From an uncultured Bacilli bacterium (GTDB lineage Bacteria > Bacillota_I > Bacilli_A > RF39 > UBA660), in the NCBI GenBank assembly GCA_944332025.1, contig CALVJB010000002.1:26566-90565 (forward strand): 64,000 nucleotides of DNA, in the 5' to 3' direction. This document shows positions 36,779 to 47,300 of the stretch, one piece after another (the stretch's first letter is position 1; each line of letters opens with the position of its first letter). A program made the translations under genes and the position numbers. The notes below the pieces were generated by a model. The model ran no database searches. It saw only the letters and a list, made by a program, of their open reading frames with translations, and was not told the DNA's origin.

Positions 36779-37408
36779 ATGGATTTAAAACTTAAAAAAG
36801 TAAAGACTAAAGTAACTAATAAACTAGCAGAACAGAAAAAAATATATATCTTTCTAATAATAGTAATGCTTATAGGTTTAATACTTGGTATTATCTATGC
36901 TGTTATATTAAATAAGAGTGATCATAATTTAGTAACTACAAGTCTAGATAGTTTCTTTACTAGTATTAAGAAGAATGATATAGACTATAAAAGTGCTTTA
37001 ATTAATAGTTTAGTTGGTAATATTTCTTTTGTAACATTTATCTTTTTATTAGGTATATCTATTATAGGAATACCTCTAATTATCTTTAGTTTAGCATCAT
37101 CTACCTTTATTTTTGGTTTTTCTTTATCATCAATTATCTATACATATCACTTTAATGGTATTTTAAAGGCTATTACTTATCTTTTTCCTCATCAGTTGAT
37201 TACTTTATTAATGAGCTTGTTTTTAGGATTCTATGCCCTTTATTTTGGTATTAAACTATTTAAATACTTATTTAGAGGTATAGATATTAATCTAAGAAGT
37301 TCTATGAAAAGATATCTACAAGTATATGTAACAGTTCTATTAATATTTATAGGTTGTAGTTTTATAGAAGTATTCTTATCTCCAGCTTTAATTAAATTAG
37401 TAGTTTAA
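36779..37408 (+). CDS. polytopic membrane protein, possibly SpoIIM/DUF95-like
   Basis: About 5 TM helices and ~210 aa. AGGTGA RBS before the ATG at 36779. Family assignment is tentative. Confidence 0.35.
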   Translation: MDLKLKKVKTKVTNKLAEQKKIYIFLIIVMLIGLILGIIYAVILNKSDHNLVTTSLDSFFTSIKKNDIDYKSALINSLVGNISFVTFIFLLGISIIGIPLIIFSLASSTFIFGFSLSSIIYTYHFNGILKAITYLFPHQLITLLMSLFLGFYALYFGIKLFKYLFRGIDINLRSSMKRYLQVYVTVLLIFIGCSFIEVFLSPALIKLVV

Positions 37409-38928
37409 TTAAGAGTTAAAGTCTTAGCTTTCTCCTCATTAAAATAATAGTGTATATCCTGATCAAGTTTAACTTCACTAACAATACTAGCATACTTAAA
37501 TAATCTATCCAATTTATCATAGTCATAAATTTCATCATTATATGCAAAGAAAGACATTAACATATTAGTAACTTCTGTAGTATTTTCAGTATCATCTAAT
37601 GTAGATTCTAATAATTTAAAGAAATTATTTACATGTAAATAAGCAGCTTTTTCACTAATATAACTATTATTATTTTTATATGCCTCTTTTAATTCTTCTT
37701 TAATTATAGATGCATCATCTGTACTCATCGCTTCTAAAAAACTATCTTTACTAATTATATCAATAGTAGCCTTTGTAACTGCTATATTTTTATTATAACC
37801 TCCATAATCTTGTTTATTTTCTTCTTTAAAGTATTCATTTTCTATAATTTCTGCAAATCCTTCTACATAGGCAGTAGGAATACTCCTAGTATCAAAAATA
37901 GCATGAGTAACTTCATGACCTATAATTGATCTAGTAGGAGTACAATAATAAGTAATTGCATCATTATAATAACTAGCTTTGATAACAGTGTTATTATAGT
38001 TATCTTTACCATTAGAAAAAGGATTATAATTACGTATAAAATCTAGATTTATTAAACTCTCATAAACTTCTTTAGTATCTAGATAAGGATTACTATTAAA
38101 GAAGTCTAGAAACTCATACATTACTTCCTTTTCTTTATTATTAGCATAAGGATTATTATTAATAGCATTAAGTAGTAAATAATTATCTATTTCTTCTTTA
38201 GTATTAACATTATCAATACTATATTTGTCATCATTAGTTATCTTCATAACTTCAATTTCTATATCTTTTAATAAAGTGTTTAGTTCATCTTCACTTAAAC
38301 TATTTTTATCATCATAGTAGTTTAAAATACTTTCTTCGTTATTAGTACTTGTTTTTTTGTTATAAGAAGTATTTATAATACTAGTACAAGTTATAATAAT
38401 ATAGATAGTTAACATCTTTAAAAGTTTTAGACGATGTTTATAGTTTTTATTTTCTAATGCTTTGTTTAATTTGAACTCTTTTAAATTAGAATTTATTTGT
38501 AATTTTTCTTCTTCATTAAGTAAATATACATGATTTTTTTCTTGTTTTAAAACATCTCCACTAGGTGTAATAATTATTCTACTATTATTATCATCTTTGG
38601 CTATTTTAGAATCTATTAAATCATTTAAATTAATAGTTATTCCTTTTAAGTTTAACTTTTCTATATTACCATTTAGTTTTCTTGTACTTAACTTTAAACT
38701 CTTACTATATCTAGTTATATATATTTCTTTAATATATTTAATAGTAAGAAATGGTATAGTAAGGTTAGCAATGGCTAGATTCGTTTTTAATAATTCTAAA
38801 ACAGTATTAGTTATAGCATATATAATAATATTATTACCAAGGTATGTGATATAGGGGATTTTATTTTTCTTAACTATTTTAATATTTAAAATATCATTTA
38901 TAATCTCTTCATCAAGCACTTTTTTCAA
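37405..38928 (-). CDS. membrane-anchored hypothetical protein with HEVTH zincin-like motif
   Basis: 507 aa with one central TM helix (LKMLTIYIIITCTSII). C-terminal domain contains IIGHEVTHAIF followed by EG 14 residues later (gluzincin-like spacing). Confidence 0.5.
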   Translation of the reverse strand: MKKVLDEEIINDILNIKIVKKNKIPYITYLGNNIIIYAITNTVLELLKTNLAIANLTIPFLTIKYIKEIYITRYSKSLKLSTRKLNGNIEKLNLKGITINLNDLIDSKIAKDDNNSRIIITPSGDVLKQEKNHVYLLNEEEKLQINSNLKEFKLNKALENKNYKHRLKLLKMLTIYIIITCTSIINTSYNKKTSTNNEESILNYYDDKNSLSEDELNTLLKDIEIEVMKITNDDKYSIDNVNTKEEIDNYLLLNAINNNPYANNKEKEVMYEFLDFFNSNPYLDTKEVYESLINLDFIRNYNPFSNGKDNYNNTVIKASYYNDAITYYCTPTRSIIGHEVTHAIFDTRSIPTAYVEGFAEIIENEYFKEENKQDYGGYNKNIAVTKATIDIISKDSFLEAMSTDDASIIKEELKEAYKNNNSYISEKAAYLHVNNFFKLLESTLDDTENTTEVTNMLMSFFAYNDEIYDYDKLDRLFKYASIVSEVKLDQDIHYYFNEEKAKTLTLN

Positions 38929-39028
38929 ATTGTTTCCTCTTTTCTACGCAATGGGAATTATATCACGGATACAACTTGAAAGCAAGGGAAAATTATAGTA
39001 TAATTAGTACGAATTAGAGGTGGTAACT

Positions 39029-40138
39029 ATGAAGAAAGTAGTAGTTGGAATAAGTGGTGGTGTAGATTCATCTGTCGCTGCTATTCTTTTAAAAGAACAA
39101 GGCTATGATGTTATTGGTTTATTCATGCGTAATTGGGATAGTTCTATTAATAATGATTTTTTAGGTAATCCTAATTTAAATAATAATATTTGTCCTCAAG
39201 AAGAAGATTATAATGATGCTAAGACAGTATGTGATAAGTTAGGAATACCTTTACATAGAGTAGATTTTATTAAAGAGTACTGGGATGATGTATTTACTTA
39301 CTTTTTAGATGAACTTAAGAAGGGAAGAACACCTAATCCTGACATTATGTGTAATAAATATATTAAGTTTGATCTATTTGTTAGGGAAGCGAAAAGGCTT
39401 GGAGCAGACTATATTGCTACAGGTCATTATGCTAAAATTGAAAACGGTAGACTTATGAGAAGCCATGAGCATAATAAAGATCAGACTTATTTCTTATCAC
39501 AAGTATCTAAAGAACAACTTAAAAATGTTTTGTTCCCTTTAGGAGATATTAAAGATAAAAAAGAAGTACGTGAGATTGCAGAAAAATACGGTTTAGTAAC
39601 TGCTAAAAAGAAAGATTCTACAGGTATTTGCTTTATAGGTGAAAGAAACTTTAAAAACTTTCTTAAGAATTATTTGCCAAACAAGAAAGGTAATATTGTT
39701 AATATAGATACTAATGAAGTGTTAGGAGAACATATTGGTCTTATGTATTATACAATAGGGCAGAGAAAGGGTCTTGATGTTGGTGGTACTAAGGATAAGT
39801 TGTTTGTTGTTGGTAAAGATTTAAATAAAAATATTTTATATGTTGCAGAAGGGGATAATAACAAGTATCTTTACTCAGATAGTGCTGTTTTAGAGACTAT
39901 TAACTTTAACTGTGATGAAAGACCGGTAGAATGTACTGCTAAATTTAGATATAGAGCGCCTGATATACCTGTTAGGATTGAATATCTTGATAATGGAGAA
40001 ATATTAGTAAGATATGATAATGTAAAAGCGGTTACACCTGGACAAGCATGTGTTTTTTATGATGGGGAATACTGTCTAGGAGGCGGTATAGTTAAAGAAG
40101 TTAGAAAAGATAATAAGAAGTTATGGTATTTACTATAA
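39029..40138 (+). CDS. mnmA: tRNA-specific 2-thiouridylase MnmA
   Basis: [17 protein letters not shown]-loop and C-terminal beta-barrel. ATG at 39029 after a GAGGTGG RBS; ORF track starts at GTG 39020. Confidence 0.9.
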   Translation: MKKVVVGISGGVDSSVAAILLKEQGYDVIGLFMRNWDSSINNDFLGNPNLNNNICPQEEDYNDAKTVCDKLGIPLHRVDFIKEYWDDVFTYFLDELKKGRTPNPDIMCNKYIKFDLFVREAKRLGADYIATGHYAKIENGRLMRSHEHNKDQTYFLSQVSKEQLKNVLFPLGDIKDKKEVREIAEKYGLVTAKKKDSTGICFIGERNFKNFLKNYLPNKKGNIVNIDTNEVLGEHIGLMYYTIGQRKGLDVGGTKDKLFVVGKDLNKNILYVAEGDNNKYLYSDSAVLETINFNCDERPVECTAKFRYRAPDIPVRIEYLDNGEILVRYDNVKAVTPGQACVFYDGEYCLGGGIVKEVRKDNKKLWYLL

Positions 40139-40179
40139 GGTCTTTTTCTTTGTATTAAAGAATTTTACATCAATTTTAC

Positions 40180-40208
40180 TTGACTAAACTTGTCAAACTT
40201 ATTAAAAT
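40180..40208 (+). promoter_or_regulatory. sigma-A-type promoter TTGACT-17-TAAAAT with overlapping TTGAC/GTCAA palindrome
   Basis: Consensus-like hexamers; an inverted repeat TTGACtaaacttGTCAA spans the -35 and spacer. Confidence 0.45.
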
Positions 40209-40226
40209 GTATTATAGGTGGTTAGC

Positions 40227-40994
40227 ATGAAAGATTTAAACAAATTATTAAGTGAACTTGGAATTTCGAAGGTGAGACTTGCTAAGTATTTAGGAGTATC
40301 AAGACAAATGTTATATAACTATCTAGCTTTAGATAGTTTATCATTGTGGCCTAAAGAAAAAGCAGTTAGATTACTTGCTTTATTAAATATAGAAGATGAA
40401 GAAGAAGTAAGTGGTATAACTGTAACTAGTGACTATATTATTGAGGTTGAAAATAGATTAAATGAAGGGGTAAAAGATTCTTCTAATAGAGAAGTGTTAG
40501 CAGACCTTAAATGTTTTAATAAAAAAGAACAAGAAATAATGGCTGATATAATTAACCTATTAAAAGAAAAATTATCAGAAGATAAGACAAAAACTACTTA
40601 TAATACATATGTATATTTATATCATTACTTACAGTCAATGGAAACTGCAGATGAATTAAGATATATTTTAGGTTATATGTCTAAATCTATGGGATTTACT
40701 GATCCAATGGAATTTGTTTTTGATAAAGATAAGCAATTTATATTTGAAAGTATTTTATTCTCTGCTATGACGTTATATCATAATGGTGGTGCTTCTAAAA
40801 ATAAAATAGCAGAAACCCATAAGAGATTTGTTCAAGATATTGAAGCTAAAAAAGAAGAGAAACTTAGTCGTACTCAAGAATTAAATACTGCTAAAGTACA
40901 AGCTTTGAGAGAACTTGGATACAGTGAGATTAATGAAACTAATGCTAAAGAAGTACTAGAGAAAATAGCAGAGATTCAATCAAGAAAGGTATAA
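40227..40994 (+). CDS. HTH-containing hypothetical protein
   Basis: N-terminal HTH-like segment (ISKVRLAKYLGVSRQMLYNYL); AGGTGG RBS. Confidence 0.5.
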   Translation: MKDLNKLLSELGISKVRLAKYLGVSRQMLYNYLALDSLSLWPKEKAVRLLALLNIEDEEEVSGITVTSDYIIEVENRLNEGVKDSSNREVLADLKCFNKKEQEIMADIINLLKEKLSEDKTKTTYNTYVYLYHYLQSMETADELRYILGYMSKSMGFTDPMEFVFDKDKQFIFESILFSAMTLYHNGGASKNKIAETHKRFVQDIEAKKEEKLSRTQELNTAKVQALRELGYSEINETNAKEVLEKIAEIQSRKV

Positions 40995-41213
40995 AATGTA
41001 TAACTTTTTAATTCTAATAGCAATTATAATAATTATATGAAAAAATATGTTATTAATAAAACTAAAGAAAATTATTTAATCAAACAAAATAACTAGATTT
41101 AAGGTCTAGTTTTATTTATATGTTAAGTGTAAACTGTGTGTAAAGCATAAACTGAGGTAGGGGAGAAGTACTATATATTTGGTATAATTAAAGTGTAGAG
41201 AGGTGTTTATTTT

Positions 41214-41522
41214 ATGGCTGATAATAGTACAGTAGAAGCTATTTCTAATGTAATAACATATAATTCATATTATGGTTTATTTTTAACTTATGTTTTTCCA
41301 ATACTTTTATTAGTTTTAATAGTTTTCGCCATTGGTTATTTAGCTAGTATAAATAAGAAATTGAAATATGTTTTTGATGAAGAAAACTCTGAAACTGAAT
41401 ATATTGAAAAAGAACAAACTAATAATAAAACGTTATATGATGCTACAATAATACCTGCTATAATTATATCGGTGTTAGTTGTATTTTTAACTTTTATTGC
41501 ATTATTTTTTTCTTTTGATTAG
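41214..41522 (+). CDS. small membrane protein (102 aa)
   Basis: Two TM helices; TGgTATAAT extended -10 at 41180-41188; AGAGAGGTG RBS. Confidence 0.5.
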   Translation: MADNSTVEAISNVITYNSYYGLFLTYVFPILLLVLIVFAIGYLASINKKLKYVFDEENSETEYIEKEQTNNKTLYDATIIPAIIISVLVVFLTFIALFFSFD

Positions 41523-41787
41523 ATATATGTTAATAAAGTTATCATTAAGGATTGTTTGGTTTTTTAGGTCACAGAACTAACTATATATATTAGTTAACAT
41601 AATATATATTATAGGAAGCAAGATAAAACTATATTTTAGATGAATAATTGATAGTCTTATCATCAAACTTTTTATATTTATTTATATTATACCATCCATA
41701 ACTTATATAATTCCCCAAATAAATAAATTATAACATTATAGTTAATAAATAAACTAAATATAAGCTTTTCTTTAATTAGATTAATTT

Positions 41788-41832
41788 ATTATATTATATA
41801 TTATATATTATATATTATATATTATATATTTA
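41788..41832. repeat. tandem heptamer repeat (TTATATA)x6
   Basis: Direct read of 41781-41835; lies in a 480-bp AT-rich intergenic region upstream of the DUF1540-like gene. Confidence 0.8.
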
Positions 41833-42004
41833 TTTCTGCAATTATATTAAATTAAATAACAATATAAATATTATAAATAATTAATATAAAATCCATTTGC
41901 ACTACTCTATTTTATTTAAAGTTGAAAGTAGGGGAAGTGAATCTTAAAAATAGGGGAATAATATTATATTTTTTGGGAAATATAAATAGTGAAGGAGAGA
42001 TATA

Positions 42005-42184
42005 ATGAAAAAGAAACAAAGTATTAAATGCGACGTTGATAGTTGCAAATATAATAGTAACAATCAAGAATGCAACTTAGATGAAATTAAGGTTAGTAGT
42101 AACTGTGACTGTCCAAAAGATGAAGTTTGTGATCAAGAACAAACAGTATGTGCTAGCTTTGAAAAAAATGAAGAAGAAAACTAA
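42005..42184 (+). CDS. DUF1540-like small Cys-rich protein (59 aa)
   Basis: Not in the ORF track (<60 aa). AAGGAGAG-7-ATG. Repeated CxVxxCxYN / C..D..C pattern: KCDVDSCKYNSNNQECNLDEIKVSSNCDCPKDEVCDQEQTVCASF. Confidence 0.6.
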   Translation: MKKKQSIKCDVDSCKYNSNNQECNLDEIKVSSNCDCPKDEVCDQEQTVCASFEKNEEEN

Positions 42185-42226
42185 TAGAGTGATGAACTCT
42201 ACTAGTTTTTTGTTTACTACTCTTCC

Positions 42227-43396
42227 CTACTCTAGTTCGTCTAATATACTTGTTCCTATTTCAGGAGGTGTTATTTCAAAATTATCTGCTATAGTTGCTC
42301 CAATTACTGCTAATGTATCCTGTATTTCTAATCTTTTGGGATTTTTAAAATTTCTACTATAAATAATTAAAGGAACATTTTCTCTAGTATGATCATTTCC
42401 TTTAAAGGTTGGATCGTTACCGTGGTCAGCTGTTATAATAAATAGATCATCTACTTCTAGTTTATTTAAAATCATAGGTATTTCTACATCTAACTCCTCT
42501 ATTGCTTTAGCATAACCTTCCCCATCTCTTAAATGACCATATAAACTATCGAAATCACATAAATTAACCATGCATAGTCCAGTGAAATTTTTATCCATAA
42601 CATTAGTTAACTTATTAATAGCATCCATATTAGAGTTAGCTTTCAAAGTCTTGTTTATACTTGTTTTACTAAATATATCATTCATTTTACCTATAGCGAT
42701 AACATTATAGTTATTAGCATTTAAATCGTCTAGAATAGTCTTAGATGGAGGTGCTACTGGATAATCTTTTCTACCAGTGCTATTTAATTTAAATTTGCCA
42801 TTACTACCAGTAAAAGGTCTTGCAATTACTCTACCTACTAAAAAGTCATCTTTTAGAGTTAGTTCTCTAACCTTTTCGCAATAACTATATAAAATTTCAG
42901 GACTAATAACATCTTCATGAGCAGCGATTTGTAAATCTGAATCAGCTGATGTATAAACAATTAAAGAACCATAATCTACTTGTCTTTCTCCTAGTTCATT
43001 AATAATACTGTTATCATTACTACATTTATTACCTATAACTCTTCTTCCAGTAACTGTTTCAATTTCATCTATTAACTCAATAGGGAACCCATTTTCATTA
43101 AAAGTTTTAAATGGGATATTAGAAGTAATTCCCATCATTTCATAATGACCTGCTAAAGTATCTTTACCAGCATTATTAGGCCTTGCAATAGTATAATAAG
43201 CATCTACATCAGTATTTTCATCCATATTTAAAGTATTAAGAAAACCTATTTTAGCAAGGTTTGGAACAAATAAATCATAGTTTTCTTTAATATGACCTAA
43301 TGTATTCGCACCACTATCTCCATAATTTGCTGCATCACTAGCTTCCCCTACTCCTAAGGAATCTAAAACCATTAAAAATATTCTTTTAAATCTCAT
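42227..43396 (-). CDS. deoB: phosphopentomutase
   Basis: MVLDSLGVGEA N-terminus, metal-binding DHGNDPT motif; 389 aa. Confidence 0.9.
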   Translation of the reverse strand: MRFKRIFLMVLDSLGVGEASDAANYGDSGANTLGHIKENYDLFVPNLAKIGFLNTLNMDENTDVDAYYTIARPNNAGKDTLAGHYEMMGITSNIPFKTFNENGFPIELIDEIETVTGRRVIGNKCSNDNSIINELGERQVDYGSLIVYTSADSDLQIAAHEDVISPEILYSYCEKVRELTLKDDFLVGRVIARPFTGSNGKFKLNSTGRKDYPVAPPSKTILDDLNANNYNVIAIGKMNDIFSKTSINKTLKANSNMDAINKLTNVMDKNFTGLCMVNLCDFDSLYGHLRDGEGYAKAIEELDVEIPMILNKLEVDDLFIITADHGNDPTFKGNDHTRENVPLIIYSRNFKNPKRLEIQDTLAVIGATIADNFEITPPEIGTSILDELE

Positions 43397-43398
43397 AA

Positions 43399-44316
43399 TT
43401 AATTCTCCTTTTTAGCACGAGGATGATTATCTAAGTAATCATTCCTAACTTTTTCATTAGTAATATGTGTATATATACGGGTAGTAGCAATATCAGAGTG
43501 TCCTAAAAGCATTTGAATACTTCTAAGGTCTGCTCCCCCATTTAATAAATGTGTTGCAAAAGAATGTCTTAAACTATGAGGAGATATATCAGGATCAAGA
43601 CCTTTTTCTTTTAAAATCTCTTTTAAATTCTTAAAGAATCCTTGTCTTGATATACCTGTTCCTCTAGAGTTTAAAAATAAATAATCAGACTGTTTCTTTT
43701 TTAATAGTAGATGTCGTTTATCTAAATATTCATTTAAATAATACTTTTCTACATCATTAATAGGAACAATTCTCTCTTTACTGCCTTTACCTTTAACTCT
43801 AACAATATCGTTATTAAAATCTATATCATAAACTGTTAGACTAATAAGTTCAGATACTCTTAGTCCTGAACCATACATTAATTCTAACATAGCTTTATTC
43901 CTATAGTCAAATGGGGTATCTAGTTCTATATCTAAGAGTTTATCTACTTCTTCTATAGTTAAACTATGTGGAAGTGTTTTAGTAGTCTTAGGTCTATCTA
44001 TAAATTCACTAGGATTGTTAGTCTCATTTTCTTCTTTTTCTAAATAGTTATGAAAGTTCTTAATAGTAGTAAGTTTATGAGCGACAGTTTTACTATCTTC
44101 ATTACGAAGATAGCAGTATTTTAGATATTTAGTTATAGTATCTTTAGTTATATTTTTTGTATTATCTATTTTCTCTTTTTCTAAAAAATTAATATAGTCT
44201 TTCATCTCATAGTCATAACTTTTAATACTATTATTAGAAAGTCCTTTTTCAAACTCACAGTAATTTAGAAAATTATCTTTAGCAGTCATTAGTTTCATAA
44301 CATCATCTTCTTTCAA
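43399..44316 (-). CDS. xerD: tyrosine recombinase XerD/XerC family
   Basis: R..HxxR..Y catalytic set (LRHSFATHLL ... LLGHSDIATTRIYTH); 305 aa. Confidence 0.85.
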   Translation of the reverse strand: MKEDDVMKLMTAKDNFLNYCEFEKGLSNNSIKSYDYEMKDYINFLEKEKIDNTKNITKDTITKYLKYCYLRNEDSKTVAHKLTTIKNFHNYLEKEENETNNPSEFIDRPKTTKTLPHSLTIEEVDKLLDIELDTPFDYRNKAMLELMYGSGLRVSELISLTVYDIDFNNDIVRVKGKGSKERIVPINDVEKYYLNEYLDKRHLLLKKKQSDYLFLNSRGTGISRQGFFKNLKEILKEKGLDPDISPHSLRHSFATHLLNGGADLRSIQMLLGHSDIATTRIYTHITNEKVRNDYLDNHPRAKKEN

Positions 44317-44319
44317 ATA

Positions 44320-47300
44320 TTAATATGACATAGTAACAGTAGTAGTAATATCTTTATTATTTTCTTTATTAAGTTCTAAAAGACTATTAAGATCCTCTTT
44401 ATGCTTTTCTTTAACTAAATACATAGATAATACCTGTTTCATCTTTTTATACCCTTCATCAGTTAAATTATCTATAAAATTATCGTGTCTATATATTCCT
44501 TCTTCATCTGCATAGTGGTTTTCTCCAAAATCCCATATTGCATAAGAATCTTTAAATTCATCTAGCTCTTTTCCTTTAGAAGCTTCAATAAAACTAGTAG
44601 CAGCATCATAAAAAGATCCCCCATTTTGTAATACCCAGTTTTCAATACCTATACCACTAATACCACCTTGCTGCTTTTTATAAACTTCCGCAGTTTTTAA
44701 TGTTTTTTTCGCTTCTATTACATTTGCAAGTACAAGGTTATATTTATCGCTACTTTGTTCTTTAATAGAGTTATATCTATCTTTTAAAGCTTCATCAGAC
44801 GAATACTCTAATTTATCTGTTTTAGGTATAAAAGTAATATCTATATCAATAGGTTTATCTATACCTTTAATTTTTACATTTTTAAATCTAAAATTACCAT
44901 TTAATATTTCATTTTTATGTTCTATTCCTAATTTTTTTAGTAAGGCGTCTTTAACATTTTCGAGCTTTACAGGATCAGAAATTATTTCCCTGTCTAGTCT
45001 CATAATAAAATCATAATCCCCATCACCTGGTAAGTTTGTATCTCTTCCAGTAGATCCCGTATCAATAAGTTCAACTGTACCATTTTCAAGTTTTTTATCT
45101 ATTTTGTTTTTTAATCCTAAATTTACTTTACCTAAACCATCTTTAAGTGTTGCATTTATCGCTTCCCTGTTTCTTTTATTTTCCTCTTCACTTTGATGTA
45201 AAGTGTTAGCGATTTTTTCTATTTCATCAGTTTCTAATTTACTAGATACATTATATTTACTAGTACCATAGTAAGATAAGCCTTGCATTTTAGAACGCAA
45301 ATTATCATAATCATTAGGAGTAAAAATAACTTTTTCAGTTTCTTTATCAATAACAGGAATATAAAAGCCATTTTTAGCAATTTCAACACCTATACGATTA
45401 TCATTATTAGCAGTAATAATATAATCAATGTTACTTGAGGCAAATCCCGTTCTAATACTATAAGTATCAGGACCCGCATACGTTTTAAATACTTCAAGTT
45501 TATTCATTATGTCATTAATATTTTTAGAAGTTATTATCTCACCATTTTTATCTCTAGTCAAAATAAATCTATCATCGTTTTTTAACACAAGCCATATAGG
45601 ACCCAAACTTCCACTATAAGATGATGAGATTGTATCAGAAATTCTAAGATGCTCATTTACCATTGATACATCAGTATCTAAAGGAGTATAATCACTACTA
45701 GCATCAGAACCTAAATATTCTTTAGCAACGGAACCATTTTGTAATATATTAGATAAATATCTAATATCCCCTATGCCTTTAATAAAATCTCCAGTTTCTA
45801 AAATTTCTTTATTTTCTTTTATTCTTTCTCTATTTCTATTATTTGCTTTATTAATACTATCATTCATAGCTTTCTCTAAACTTTCTATACTATCAAATCC
45901 TGCAAAATGACAGAACATGCTAACTAATCTATCACCTATATTTTCTTTATCATCTATATTTAAATTATTTATATAAAAGTTAATTTTTTCATTTAAATTC
46001 ATATCTTGATTATAGACATCATCATATCCTTTTTTAGTATTATAATATAAAGTATCTAAGTGACTCATAAAAGTATTTAATAAAGTTTGTTGTGCCTTAT
46101 TTAAGTCACTAAAACTTATATTATTAGTAGCAAGGTCATTAAATAAATAACTACCATTCTTTAAATTATTAATATATTCTCGCATTACCCTATTATTAGA
46201 ACCTACAGAAGATTTTATTAAATCAGAAAAAATAATTGTTTCTCTACCTCTTGTAGACTTACATTTTAAAATCGGCGATACCATAGAATTATCACTAAAA
46301 TTAAAGTCATTAAGACCCGGATGAAGTATTTCAAAAGTTAAGAAGACTTTTCCTACAGTTGGTAAATTATTTCTTATAAAGATATTTTCTACTTTCTCAA
46401 AACTTTCTTCTGGGTTATTAGATTTAATAATTTCTGTAAGCATTGCTTTAGCATGATTTTTAAGCTCACTAGAATTAGAATTTATAATTTTAGCAGCAAT
46501 ACTAACTAATGTTTCAATTTTATTATCATCATAATTGTTGCCTTTAATACAATCCTTTACTATATTGGTAATTTCTTCATTATTATACTTTCTAATAATA
46601 TTATATATATGAAATTTTCTTTTACTTGCTTCATTAACATCAAGTTCATTATATAAGTTTGCTAAAAAAAACCACTTAGGATCTTTGGCTATTTTTTTAA
46701 CAACACTATTACAAAGATTAGCTTCAATACTTGCACTATTAGCATTAGAAGATAAATCAAAATGTTCACCATCAAGTTTGGTCGCACATATTCCATATTT
46801 TGCTATTAAATTTAAAAAACTTTCTTTACCAAATCTTTTTATATAAAATTCTTGAAAATCTATAATTTCATTATTGTACTCTACTTTAAAATTTCCATCT
46901 ATTTTAATATTTTTATTTGCTAAATCAGGTATATATTTGCCATACTTTTGTAAAGCATAAGCAGTAATTTTCTTTGCTTCTTTACTCTCTAAAAATATAT
47001 CAAAAATTTTTTCTGTTAAAACTTCATTTGATATAGAAGATTTTGGAACGCTTTTAATATATTCTAAAACAGAAAAAATGACATCAGCATTATTATGAAT
47101 ATAAAGGTCAAGACCAATATTTGTTAAAAAATATCCAAACAAAAAAGATTTAGAAGAAAAAATACTAGTTTCTTTTTCGAATTCCAAAATATTTTTAATA
47201 CCTAAAGCATTAATTGCATCAAATTGTCTTTTATTAATTATAAAAGTTTCATCAGTATAATTTAATAACTCTTCAAAAGTTTCATAATGACTCACAAAAT

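Noticed and set aside
41788-41832. CRISPR array
   Set aside because: The only repetitive tract is a 7-bp microsatellite with no spacers. No repeat-spacer structure of CRISPR dimensions occurs anywhere in the window.
43399-44316. Phage integrase / mobile element next to a tRNA
   Set aside because: The tyrosine recombinase has the XerD/XerC signature and sits in a deoB/housekeeping context. The tRNA-Glu at 59844 has no adjacent integrase or direct repeats. There is no evidence for an integrated element.
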